The translations under genes and the position numbers were made by a program. From Candidatus Brocadiales bacterium (lineage in GTDB: Bacteria > Planctomycetota > Brocadiia > Brocadiales > Bathyanammoxibiaceae): a stretch of DNA of 54,776 nt. The notes beneath the pieces are model-generated. The model was not told the origin of the DNA, did no database searches, and saw only the letters and a program-made list of their open reading frames with translations. Of the stretch, positions 33,745 to 41,298 are shown in pieces (position 1 is the first letter of the stretch; every line of letters begins with the position of its first letter). The stretch lies in NCBI GenBank assembly GCA_046758865.1, contig JBHIBD010000005.1:1-54776 (forward strand). Direction: 5' to 3'.

Positions 33745-34206
33745 TTAAATCCTTGTCCCCGTCTTTTTGAATTCCTTTTCGCTGTACAGGATTACGTAGT
33801 CTTCTAGACCCGTCTTCTCTTTGATTGCCTGTATTACCCGCTCGCACTCCTCGTCTGTGTAGCCGTGAATCATGGTAAACACGTTATACGGCCAGTCGGG
33901 GAACGTCGGCCTCTCATAGCAGTGGGTGACCTCTTGGAAGCCGGCCATTATTTTTCCCACCTCATCAACACGCTCTGGTGGGACCTTCCAGACGGTCATG
34001 GCGTTTGAGGTTATGCCTATCTTGCGGTGCGCTACAGAAGCAGCAAAGCGCCGTATCTTCTTTTCTTCTATAAGCCTTCCCAGCCGGTTAACAACCTCAT
34101 CCTCGGAAAGCCCCAGGGTTTTTGCGATATCCCGGTAGGGTCTTTCGGTCAGTGGGATGCCGTCCTGGATATGCTTAATTAATTTTATGTCTGTTCCGTC
34201 GGCCAT
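33745..34206 (-). CDS. ahbB: Siroheme decarboxylase beta subunit (AhbB, NirDLGH family)
   Basis: Lrp/AsnC-like HTH, IRRFAA, VTHCYERP, WPYNVFTMIHG, YSEKEFKKT. Confidence 0.88.
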   Translation of the reverse strand: MADGTDIKLIKHIQDGIPLTERPYRDIAKTLGLSEDEVVNRLGRLIEEKKIRRFAASVAHRKIGITSNAMTVWKVPPERVDEVGKIMAGFQEVTHCYERPTFPDWPYNVFTMIHGYTDEECERVIQAIKEKTGLEDYVILYSEKEFKKTGTRI

Positions 34207-34225
34207 AATCCACCTTAAACAGTTA

Positions 34226-34492
34226 GAGACCTTTAAAAAAACCGCTTTTTTGTTACCCTTCCCTTGACGGGAATTGCTTCCTTTTCCCCCTCCCTTGATG
34301 GGAGGGGTCAGGGGAGGGTGATGTTCACCCCCACCTGCACCGGAGGCGCATCCGCCTCTGGCGTGACTAGCCCTCCCCCGTCGAGGGGGAGGGAACGGAC
34401 AGGTTTAAAAACCTGTCCCTACGTAAATGATTCCCGCGTAGGGACAGACCTTTAGGTCTGTCCGCAGTAAGGTGCGTCGAGACGCACCCTAC
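34226..34492. repeat. Cluster of nested palindromic repeats (CCCTCCC/GGGAGGG family, a 32-bp element and GTAG REPs)
   Basis: CCCCTCCCTTGATGGGAGGGG...CCCTCCCCCGTCGAGGGGGAGGG; GGACAGGTTTAAAAACCTGTCCCTAC; GTAGGGACAGACCTTTAGGTCTGTCC; GGTGCGTCGAGACGCACCCTAC. Confidence 0.8.
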
Positions 34493-34506
34493 AGTTTAAA
34501 GATTTA

Positions 34507-34998
34507 TCAGTCCCCCTGGTGTATGTTGAACCTTACCCCGATTTTGAACTTCTTTGTGGTTGGCAGGTTTCTCACCACCAGTCCGGTCTTGCCCTCGATT
34601 TCTTTTAGGTTTTTTTCCAGCTCCTCTTTGTTAGGTGCAGACATGGTGAACCAGACGTTGTAGGGTATATCTTTGTTTTTGCCCTTTCGGAGGTAATTGT
34701 GTGATACTTCGGTGTATTCATTTATCAGCTGCGATACCTCTTCTATTCGGTCCTCGGGGACGTTCATGGCCATGAGGCCGCCGGTGTTGCCCATGGCATG
34801 TGTGTCTATGATTGGCCCTAGTCTGCGGATTACCTTGCTCTCTACCATGGCCCTTATCCGTCTGAGCACCTCAGACTCTTCCAGGGAGAGTTCTTCTGCC
34901 AGGGTGAGGAATGGTCTGGGGGTGAGGGGGAAGTGGGACTGTATTTCCTGCAGTATCTTTTTGTCTATGTTATCTAGCTTCATTGGGTCGTTTTTCAT
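34507..34998 (-). CDS. ahbA: Siroheme decarboxylase alpha subunit (AhbA)
   Basis: FPLTPRPF, IRRLG, VSHNYLR, YNVWFT, FKIGVRF. Confidence 0.88.
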   Translation of the reverse strand: MKNDPMKLDNIDKKILQEIQSHFPLTPRPFLTLAEELSLEESEVLRRIRAMVESKVIRRLGPIIDTHAMGNTGGLMAMNVPEDRIEEVSQLINEYTEVSHNYLRKGKNKDIPYNVWFTMSAPNKEELEKNLKEIEGKTGLVVRNLPTTKKFKIGVRFNIHQGD

Positions 34999-35028
34999 TT
35001 TGAGGCAGCAGGTGTGGTGGGCGTATGT

Positions 35029-35748
35029 TTAGACCCCTTCGCTGAGCGCTTCCCTGAGCTCTTTCAAGAAAGGCTCTTTTACCAGGAACTCGTAAAGGTT
35101 ACGTCCCTTTTCTGAGAGAATCCTTTCTGCACAGATTTCAAGGGCCTTTATTACTTGTTCTTCCGTAGCAAGTTCCACAAGTTGCAGGGCAAGACGGGGG
35201 TGTCTGCCCACCTTGCCGCCAAGAACGATGGAATATCCCCTTTTGTCGACCTTTATTGAGCCCGTGGGGCAGACCCTTGGGCAGAGACCACATCTTACAC
35301 ACTTTTCTTGGTCTATGATTACGGTCTTGTCTTCCTTCAGGGTTATTGCCCCCTCCCTGCATGCCTTGAGGCATTTCCTGCACAGTGTGCACTCACAGCT
35401 TGGGTCCACAGCAACGCTCTCCTGTGCAATGACGCCAAAGTCCTTTATCTGCGGCATGGAGCAACTGTTGGGGCAGCCGGCCACGGCCATCTTGAAGGCC
35501 ATGTGGGGAAGTATCCTACCGGGAATCTTTTCGTAGAGTCTCTGATTGAAGGATAATTCGTCCAGCTTTCCCTTAATCTTTTTGGCCAGAGGTCTGGGTG
35601 CCTTTAGGAGGAAGGGGCAATTTACCTCTTCACCTTTGCATGACTTGGTGTTAAAGAGGATTGCCTTACCGTCCTTTGTTACATATTTCTCGTACTTTCT
35701 CAGGACGGATAATTTATCTTCTTGTTGTAGTGTTTGACTTGGATTCAT
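35029..35748 (-). CDS. Sulfite/nitrite-reductase-like siroheme/4Fe-4S-binding protein with a 2x[4Fe-4S] ferredoxin insert
   Basis: CKGEEVNC, FKMAVAGCPNSC, CTLCRKCLKAC, CVRCGLCPRVC, GGKVGRHPRLA. Confidence 0.8.
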   Translation of the reverse strand: MNPSQTLQQEDKLSVLRKYEKYVTKDGKAILFNTKSCKGEEVNCPFLLKAPRPLAKKIKGKLDELSFNQRLYEKIPGRILPHMAFKMAVAGCPNSCSMPQIKDFGVIAQESVAVDPSCECTLCRKCLKACREGAITLKEDKTVIIDQEKCVRCGLCPRVCPTGSIKVDKRGYSIVLGGKVGRHPRLALQLVELATEEQVIKALEICAERILSEKGRNLYEFLVKEPFLKELREALSEGV

Positions 35749-35907
35749 GGTGGCAAAAACCTCATTTTAAGTCTATATGGTTATCATTGTCAATTACTAA
35801 ATCCATGGGCAGCGACTACATATTTTGGAGGATTATGGGTGGGGTGAATTTTTGTATGAATAACCGGTAGCCTCGTAGGCTTGTGTAGAAACTGCGTTAT
35901 GGCTGTC

Positions 35908-37701
35908 CTATTTTTCTTTTATGAAGTCATTCAGTTCCTTGGTGCTGCGTAGGGGTGCCGAACAGACCCCTTCTCGGCACACATAGGCCACGGGTTCTTC
36001 TGCAGGCTGGTATGTAACAGGACCTATCTCTAGAGGGTCTTTTTCGGGGTCCAGTACCTGAATGACCTTCCACGGCAAGAATATTTCCAGGCCTTTCTTA
36101 TGTAGGGCCACAGTTCGCGGGTCCTTTTTGGGGCCTATGATGGTAATCTGGGTGGGGTGATTAATATGCTCTCTGACTGCCAGGGCATAGGTAGCTGCCT
36201 GTATAGAGTAATCTGGGTATATGTTAAGGAAGGCCTTTAGGGCCAGGCTTGAGAGTTTACGAAAGTCCTCTCTCCCTGTGAGGTAGGAGAGCTTGCCCAA
36301 CACCCGTACGGCCTGGGAGTTTTCTATAAGGGGCCTTTCCCTAAAGGTTAGGTTTCCTACAAGGGCAATGTCTTCGGGGATGTCAAAGAAGCCTCCCTTG
36401 CGCTTATCCTCCAATTTATTTATTGCGCAGTTCACGATATCTACTGCCGTCTCGAGGTATTTCCTGTCCGTAGTGGTCTCGTAGGCAGAGACTAGGGCAT
36501 CTGCCATACAGACCTGGTCAACCAGCAGTCCCCTTACCATCACTTCGCCGTTTGCAATGTAGTGGTACACTCCCGCGCCGGCTTGATAGGCCTTGTTTGT
36601 CAAGAAATTTAGGGCATTCAAGGCCCTATCTAAAGATGCCTTTTGGCCGAGGGCTTGGTAGGCACGGATGTATTGAGATATAACCAGACTGTTCCAGTTG
36701 GTGTAAAGGTGTATGTCAACCTTAGGTGGGCTCTCTTTTGTTCTGGCCTTGGCATCTAGCTTATAGTACTCTTCGTCTGCGTCCTGGCTCCCGTAGAAAC
36801 CTCCTTCTGGGGAAGAGAGGTGAGAATCGATATATGAGATGATGCCTTCTGCGGTTTTTCTGTAGTCTTCCTTACCTGTAACCTGGTAGCCGAGCAGGTA
36901 GTCTTTAAGGAGTCCGGCGTTACCCTCCAGCATCTTCTCGTAATGGGGTTGGGACCAATCCGACCTGGTAGAGTAGCGGAAGAAGCCTTCTTCAACCTTG
37001 TCCCAGAGCTCACTTTTCATCATACTGTCCAGGCTTTTTACCGCTATATCTAAGAGCTCTTCATCATCCCTCATATAGTATTCAGTAAGCAGTAGCTCAA
37101 TGACCTCTGGCTGAGGGAATTTGGGCTCGCCGCCAAAACCCCCGTGAACAGGGTCAAACATACCTTTTATAGAGCCTACTACCTGGATGGGTATCTCTTC
37201 TGTTAGTTTACCTTCTGGTTTCGGTTGCCTCTCTCTGTCCAGGCTTTTCTCCACCTTGGATCGGGCAATCTTGGCGTAGAGTTCTCCCTTACGGGTAGCA
37301 TAGTACTTACTCACCTTCTCGGCGAGTTCTTTAAAATCTTTGGGATGCATATAGGTGCCACTGACGATTGTGTTACCTGTAGGTGTGAGGAAGGCGCTGG
37401 TGGGCCAGCCCCCCGCCAGGTAACGGCTCTGTATATGCGGGTGCTTATCGGCATCCACCCTTACCGGTATAAAATCTCGGTTGAGGAGCTTGATTACTTC
37501 TGGGTCTGACAATGTGGTTTCATCAAAGACGTGGCACCAGTGGCACCACACTGCGCTGATGCTAAGTAAGACAGGCTTATCCTCCTTCTGGGCCGCCTTG
37601 AAGGCATCATTGTCCCAGTGTCGCCAGTTAATAAGATGGGCCTGATTTGGCCTGGGGGAAAAGCGGTGCCCTGCCACTTTTGGGGTCTTTTCTTTAGTCA
37701 C
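35908..37701 (-). CDS. YyaL/SPATA20-like protein (DUF255 thioredoxin-like plus six-hairpin domain)
   Basis: WCHWCH, GGWP, GGFGGEPKFP, PHYEKML, GFYGSQDAD. Confidence 0.88.
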   Translation of the reverse strand: MTKEKTPKVAGHRFSPRPNQAHLINWRHWDNDAFKAAQKEDKPVLLSISAVWCHWCHVFDETTLSDPEVIKLLNRDFIPVRVDADKHPHIQSRYLAGGWPTSAFLTPTGNTIVSGTYMHPKDFKELAEKVSKYYATRKGELYAKIARSKVEKSLDRERQPKPEGKLTEEIPIQVVGSIKGMFDPVHGGFGGEPKFPQPEVIELLLTEYYMRDDEELLDIAVKSLDSMMKSELWDKVEEGFFRYSTRSDWSQPHYEKMLEGNAGLLKDYLLGYQVTGKEDYRKTAEGIISYIDSHLSSPEGGFYGSQDADEEYYKLDAKARTKESPPKVDIHLYTNWNSLVISQYIRAYQALGQKASLDRALNALNFLTNKAYQAGAGVYHYIANGEVMVRGLLVDQVCMADALVSAYETTTDRKYLETAVDIVNCAINKLEDKRKGGFFDIPEDIALVGNLTFRERPLIENSQAVRVLGKLSYLTGREDFRKLSSLALKAFLNIYPDYSIQAATYALAVREHINHPTQITIIGPKKDPRTVALHKKGLEIFLPWKVIQVLDPEKDPLEIGPVTYQPAEEPVAYVCREGVCSAPLRSTKELNDFIKEK

Positions 37702-37744
37702 TTTTTGTGCCTAACATAATGTGGATATCTGGGTTACTAAGGCC

Positions 37745-37773
37745 AAGATAGCCCAATATACAGGCGATTGCAA
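37745..37773 (-). promoter_or_regulatory. Putative sigma70 promoter for the leftward genes
   Basis: Minus strand TTGCAA-17 nt-TATCTT, ~45 nt upstream of the 37701 start. Confidence 0.4.
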
Positions 37774-37802
37774 GAATATTTGCCCGGTGCTGGGCGCACA
37801 CT

Positions 37803-37826
37803 TGGGTACACAAGGATGTGTACTCA
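37803..37826. promoter_or_regulatory. Inverted repeat, candidate enhancer-binding-protein site
   Basis: TGGGTACACA-AGGA-TGTGTACTCA (9/10 dyad), related half-site TGGGCGCACA at 37791. Confidence 0.4.
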
Positions 37827-38035
37827 GGTGTACAGCCGTAACCGTTTGGTAAAGATAAACTTGTGTGTTATGCCACTACTTTTGTGCATTATAGGTAACA
37901 CGCTCTAACTAGCGCCTGCCAGGTGACCATTTGTCCAGTTTTGCCCATGTTTTTAAGTGTTTTGTTTGCACCATGATAGATGCGCTAGAAAGTGAATAAG
38001 GATGCCAGCTGCCTTTCCCCAACGTGCAGTAGAAA

Positions 38036-38051
38036 TGGTATGGCAATTGCG
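38036..38051 (+). promoter_or_regulatory. Putative sigma54 (-24/-12) promoter
   Basis: TGGTATGGCAATTGCG: GG-10 nt-GC, near-consensus TGGYAYRNNNNTTGC, ~85 nt before the Rieske gene. Confidence 0.6.
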
Positions 38052-38134
38052 ACATTTATTATGGTCTGGTTGGTTTAGGGGGCCAAATCCCTTAGGACAG
38101 TATTTTATAAGGGGCACAAACTGGAGAATATGAT

Positions 38135-38632
38135 ATGGCAGAAGTAAAGCAGAAAGGGGCCACAGGAAGCACATGGACATCCCGTAGGAGTTTCTTTACA
38201 TATGCCGGGTGGACCTTATTTCTGGGCACGATGCTGGCCTTTACGGCCAAACTTCTGAGTTTTACGGGGTTTTTCTTTCCCAAAGTGCTGTTTGAGCCCT
38301 CAAAGAAATTCCCGGTGGGGTACCCGGCCGATTTCCCTGACCATAGTGTTATAACCCTGAAGGCCAGGAGGGTGTTTATTGTACGTGAGGGTAGCAATTT
38401 TAGCGCCATTTCTATGGTATGCCAACACCTGGGGTGTGCGGTGCACTGGACAGAGGAGAAGGGGATATTCGAGTGTCCGTGTCACGGGAGTAAATATTAC
38501 AAGGATGGGGTGAACTTTGCTGGTCCAGCGCCTAGACCCTTGTTCCACTTTGATATGCACGTTGCTGATGATGGCAAGCTGATGGTGGACACAAGTGAGA
38601 TAGTGGAGCGCGATACCGTGCTAACGATTTAG
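38135..38632 (+). CDS. Rieske 2Fe-2S subunit of a Rieske/cytochrome b complex
   Basis: Tat-like SRRSFF plus TM helix, CQHLGC and CPCHGS boxes, GPAPRPL. Confidence 0.95.
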   Translation: MAEVKQKGATGSTWTSRRSFFTYAGWTLFLGTMLAFTAKLLSFTGFFFPKVLFEPSKKFPVGYPADFPDHSVITLKARRVFIVREGSNFSAISMVCQHLGCAVHWTEEKGIFECPCHGSKYYKDGVNFAGPAPRPLFHFDMHVADDGKLMVDTSEIVERDTVLTI

Positions 38633-38644
38633 AAGGAGTAGGGT

Positions 38645-39418
38645 ATGGTCCCCGACCTCAAGAAGATTATTGAGTTTATTACAGACAATGAGATTTGGAA
38701 GTCCATATTCCGCCACGGATACGAGGACACCTCTAGAAACCGTGTGCTCCAGGTAGTAGGCAATGTGTGGATGCACATCCATCCGCCTACGATAAGAAAA
38801 GGTAGCATAAAGATAAGCTATACCTTCTGTCTAGGTGGTTTGACCTTCTTTATCTTTTTGTTCGAAACCCTGACGGGCATACTGTTAATGTTTTACTATA
38901 CACCGGACGTGAACCGTGCCTATGCCGACATGATTGACCTGAGCAATAATGCTGCGCCCTTTGGCAGGCTTTTGAGGAACACCCACCGTTGGGCGGGTCA
39001 CGCCATGGTGATAACGGTATGCTTCCACATGTTAAGGGTGTTCCTGACGAGCTCTTATAAAGCCCCGAGGCAGTTTAATTGGGTAGTTGGGGTAGTTCTT
39101 CTGGTACTTACATTGCTCTTGAGTTTTACCGGCTATCTACTGCCCTGGGACCAGTTGGGGTATTGGGCTATAACGGTTGGGACAAATATGGCAGGGGCTA
39201 CGCCATTTGTTGGCTACCAAGGGCCATTTGCTGATTTATTTGGCTTTACCATAGATAATGATATACGTTTTGGGCTTTTGGGGGGGACATCCATCCAGGC
39301 GCCTGCGCTTCTTCGTGCCTATGTGTGGCATTGTATAGCCCTTCCTAGTTTGGCAGGGGGGTTAATGATACTGCATTTTTGGCGTGTGAGGAAGGACGGA
39401 TTCTCAGGACAGCTGTAG
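38645..39418 (+). CDS. Cytochrome b6-like N-terminal subunit
   Basis: FCLGG (heme ci Cys), HRW and FH His ligands, [11 protein letters not shown]...LH. Confidence 0.95.
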   Translation: MVPDLKKIIEFITDNEIWKSIFRHGYEDTSRNRVLQVVGNVWMHIHPPTIRKGSIKISYTFCLGGLTFFIFLFETLTGILLMFYYTPDVNRAYADMIDLSNNAAPFGRLLRNTHRWAGHAMVITVCFHMLRVFLTSSYKAPRQFNWVVGVVLLVLTLLLSFTGYLLPWDQLGYWAITVGTNMAGATPFVGYQGPFADLFGFTIDNDIRFGLLGGTSIQAPALLRAYVWHCIALPSLAGGLMILHFWRVRKDGFSGQL

Positions 39419-39442
39419 GAACGGAGGAAGGGGAGAAAAAAA

Positions 39443-40177
39443 ATGTCCAGTGCAGAGGCTGTTGTCAAGGAAGCAGAGCCGAAAAAGAAGCCTGCGCCGG
39501 AGAAGGTGCATACCTGGCCAAATCTAGTGGCCAAGGAATTCCTGTGCGCCTTGCTTTTCCTGGTGATTATCTTTTTTTACAGTTATTACGTAGACGCGCC
39601 GTTGAGAGAACTGGCCAATCCCGGAGAGCCTGAGAACCCCGCAAAGGCCCCCTGGTACTTCCTGGGCCTCCAGGAGGAGTTGGTTTATTTTGACCCCTGG
39701 TATGCTGGGGTGGTTCTGCCTACGCTTATAATTGTCGGTCTGATGATTATACCGTACATAGACATTAATCCCAAAGGTAGCGGCTACTATACATTCTCTG
39801 AGAGGAAATTTGCGGTAACTATATTTGTTTTTGGGTTTGTGCTCTGGTACGTCTTGATTCTTATTGGTGTTTATTGCAGGGGCCCCTTCTGGGCCTGGTT
39901 CTGGCCGTGGGAGGAGTGGACCCTGGACTTCCCTACGCCAGCGCCCCTGTGGAGTCCCCACTGGATTTTCGGGTCGTTAATACTTTTGGTGTATTTTGGC
40001 GTTGGGATGGTCTGGCCTGCTCGTAAGTGGAAAAATTTCTACCAGCAGCTGGGCCTCGTAAGGTACAGCATCACCATGCTTCTTCTATTGCTTATGATAG
40101 GGACTATCCTAAAGATGGGTCTGAGGCTGGGCTTTAGTATAAAGTACATTCTTGCAACACCTTGGATTAATATCTAG
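39443..40177 (+). CDS. Cytochrome b subunit IV-like protein
   Basis: HTWP, NPAKAPWYF (PEWY-equivalent), IPYID, several TM helices. Confidence 0.9.
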   Translation: MSSAEAVVKEAEPKKKPAPEKVHTWPNLVAKEFLCALLFLVIIFFYSYYVDAPLRELANPGEPENPAKAPWYFLGLQEELVYFDPWYAGVVLPTLIIVGLMIIPYIDINPKGSGYYTFSERKFAVTIFVFGFVLWYVLILIGVYCRGPFWAWFWPWEEWTLDFPTPAPLWSPHWIFGSLILLVYFGVGMVWPARKWKNFYQQLGLVRYSITMLLLLLMIGTILKMGLRLGFSIKYILATPWINI

Positions 40178-40196
40178 CGTGAGAGCAGAGGGTTAA

Positions 40197-41261
40197 ATGA
40201 AGCGAAAATTATTTCTATTGTTCAGTATCCTTTTTCTTTGGTCTTCATACCTCTGGCTAAAGGAGGAGATTAGCCCTGCATGGATGGAGTACCAGAGGGT
40301 CTACTATAACCAGCAACTGGAGCTGGTCAAGAAGCAGCTTGAAAACACTACTGATGAGAAGGAGAGGACGGAATTAGAGGAGAAAATTGTTAAATTTAGT
40401 AACCCAAAGTACGAAATAAAGCAGATATTGCTTAAAGGCACCGCTACCTGGGCACAGCAGCGAAACGGTGACAAGGTAGATAGGTGTATGACCTGTCATA
40501 TAGACGAGAGGAAGCTCAGTAAGTCACACCGTATAGTAAAGGATTTCCCGTTTGACGTTTACGGATGTACGGTGTGTCATAAGGGAGAGGGAAGGGCACT
40601 GACAGAGGAGACAGCTCACCACGGCATGCTCCCCTACAGGCGACAGATGCAGCAGAGATTGGTAAGCTCGGATGAGGTCTTTGCATTGTGGCTTGAATTT
40701 ACCGAGCTCTCGCCAGAGGAAACTGACCCCAATCTCACCCCTGTTTGGGGGAACTTCAGACATCTGACCGTAACGGGCGAACACGCAATATTCACAGGTA
40801 GCAAGAAGTGTTTGCGCTGCCATGCAGGACTTACTTCTCCCCACGTAGAGCGCTGGAAGCGAACAAAGTTTACGAGTTTCGAGAGGGTGAGAAAAGCACC
40901 TGATTTCGTTGAAGGTGATGAGAAGTACAGGAAGCAGTGTTACAAGTGTCACACCACAGGGTATAACCCAAAGACCGGAGGGTATGAAGAGACTAGTGTG
41001 ACCTGTGAGGCATGTCATGGCCCAGGAGAGCTCTATAGCTACTTTATGGACATTGGCAAGGCACAGGAAGGGCAGAAGATTGCCCGTGTTAACAGCCCCT
41101 ACAATGTGTGCTTTGATTGTCACATAAGTCGGCGACACGAGATGAGACCAAAGTACTTCAAAGACCGGGATATGTCTGAAGATTGGTGGTTTACCGAATA
41201 TTCTAAGCTCTTAATAGAGTCGGAAAATATTGCACCTTCCGAGGCTTGGCTGAGGAAGTAA
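40197..41261 (+). CDS. Membrane-anchored hexaheme cytochrome c
   Basis: Six CxxCH motifs (CMTCH, CTVCH, CLRCH, CYKCH, CEACH, CFDCH); N-terminal hydrophobic anchor. Confidence 0.92.
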   Translation: MKRKLFLLFSILFLWSSYLWLKEEISPAWMEYQRVYYNQQLELVKKQLENTTDEKERTELEEKIVKFSNPKYEIKQILLKGTATWAQQRNGDKVDRCMTCHIDERKLSKSHRIVKDFPFDVYGCTVCHKGEGRALTEETAHHGMLPYRRQMQQRLVSSDEVFALWLEFTELSPEETDPNLTPVWGNFRHLTVTGEHAIFTGSKKCLRCHAGLTSPHVERWKRTKFTSFERVRKAPDFVEGDEKYRKQCYKCHTTGYNPKTGGYEETSVTCEACHGPGELYSYFMDIGKAQEGQKIARVNSPYNVCFDCHISRRHEMRPKYFKDRDMSEDWWFTEYSKLLIESENIAPSEAWLRK

Positions 41262-41298
41262 CATGCAGATTGATGGAAGTTTAAAAGGAGAGGTATTT

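Noticed and set aside
33608-33847. 79-aa minus-strand ORF as an intact gene
   Set aside because: Its N-terminal part is an out-of-frame overlap with ahbB and the middle is REP-like; only the last ~18 codons are meaningful and are reported as a remnant
34264-34455. 63-aa ORF, similar to the 78-aa ORF at 45800-46036 (shared PSLDGRG and VGTDL)
   Set aside because: The similarity comes from shared DNA repeats, not from a protein family
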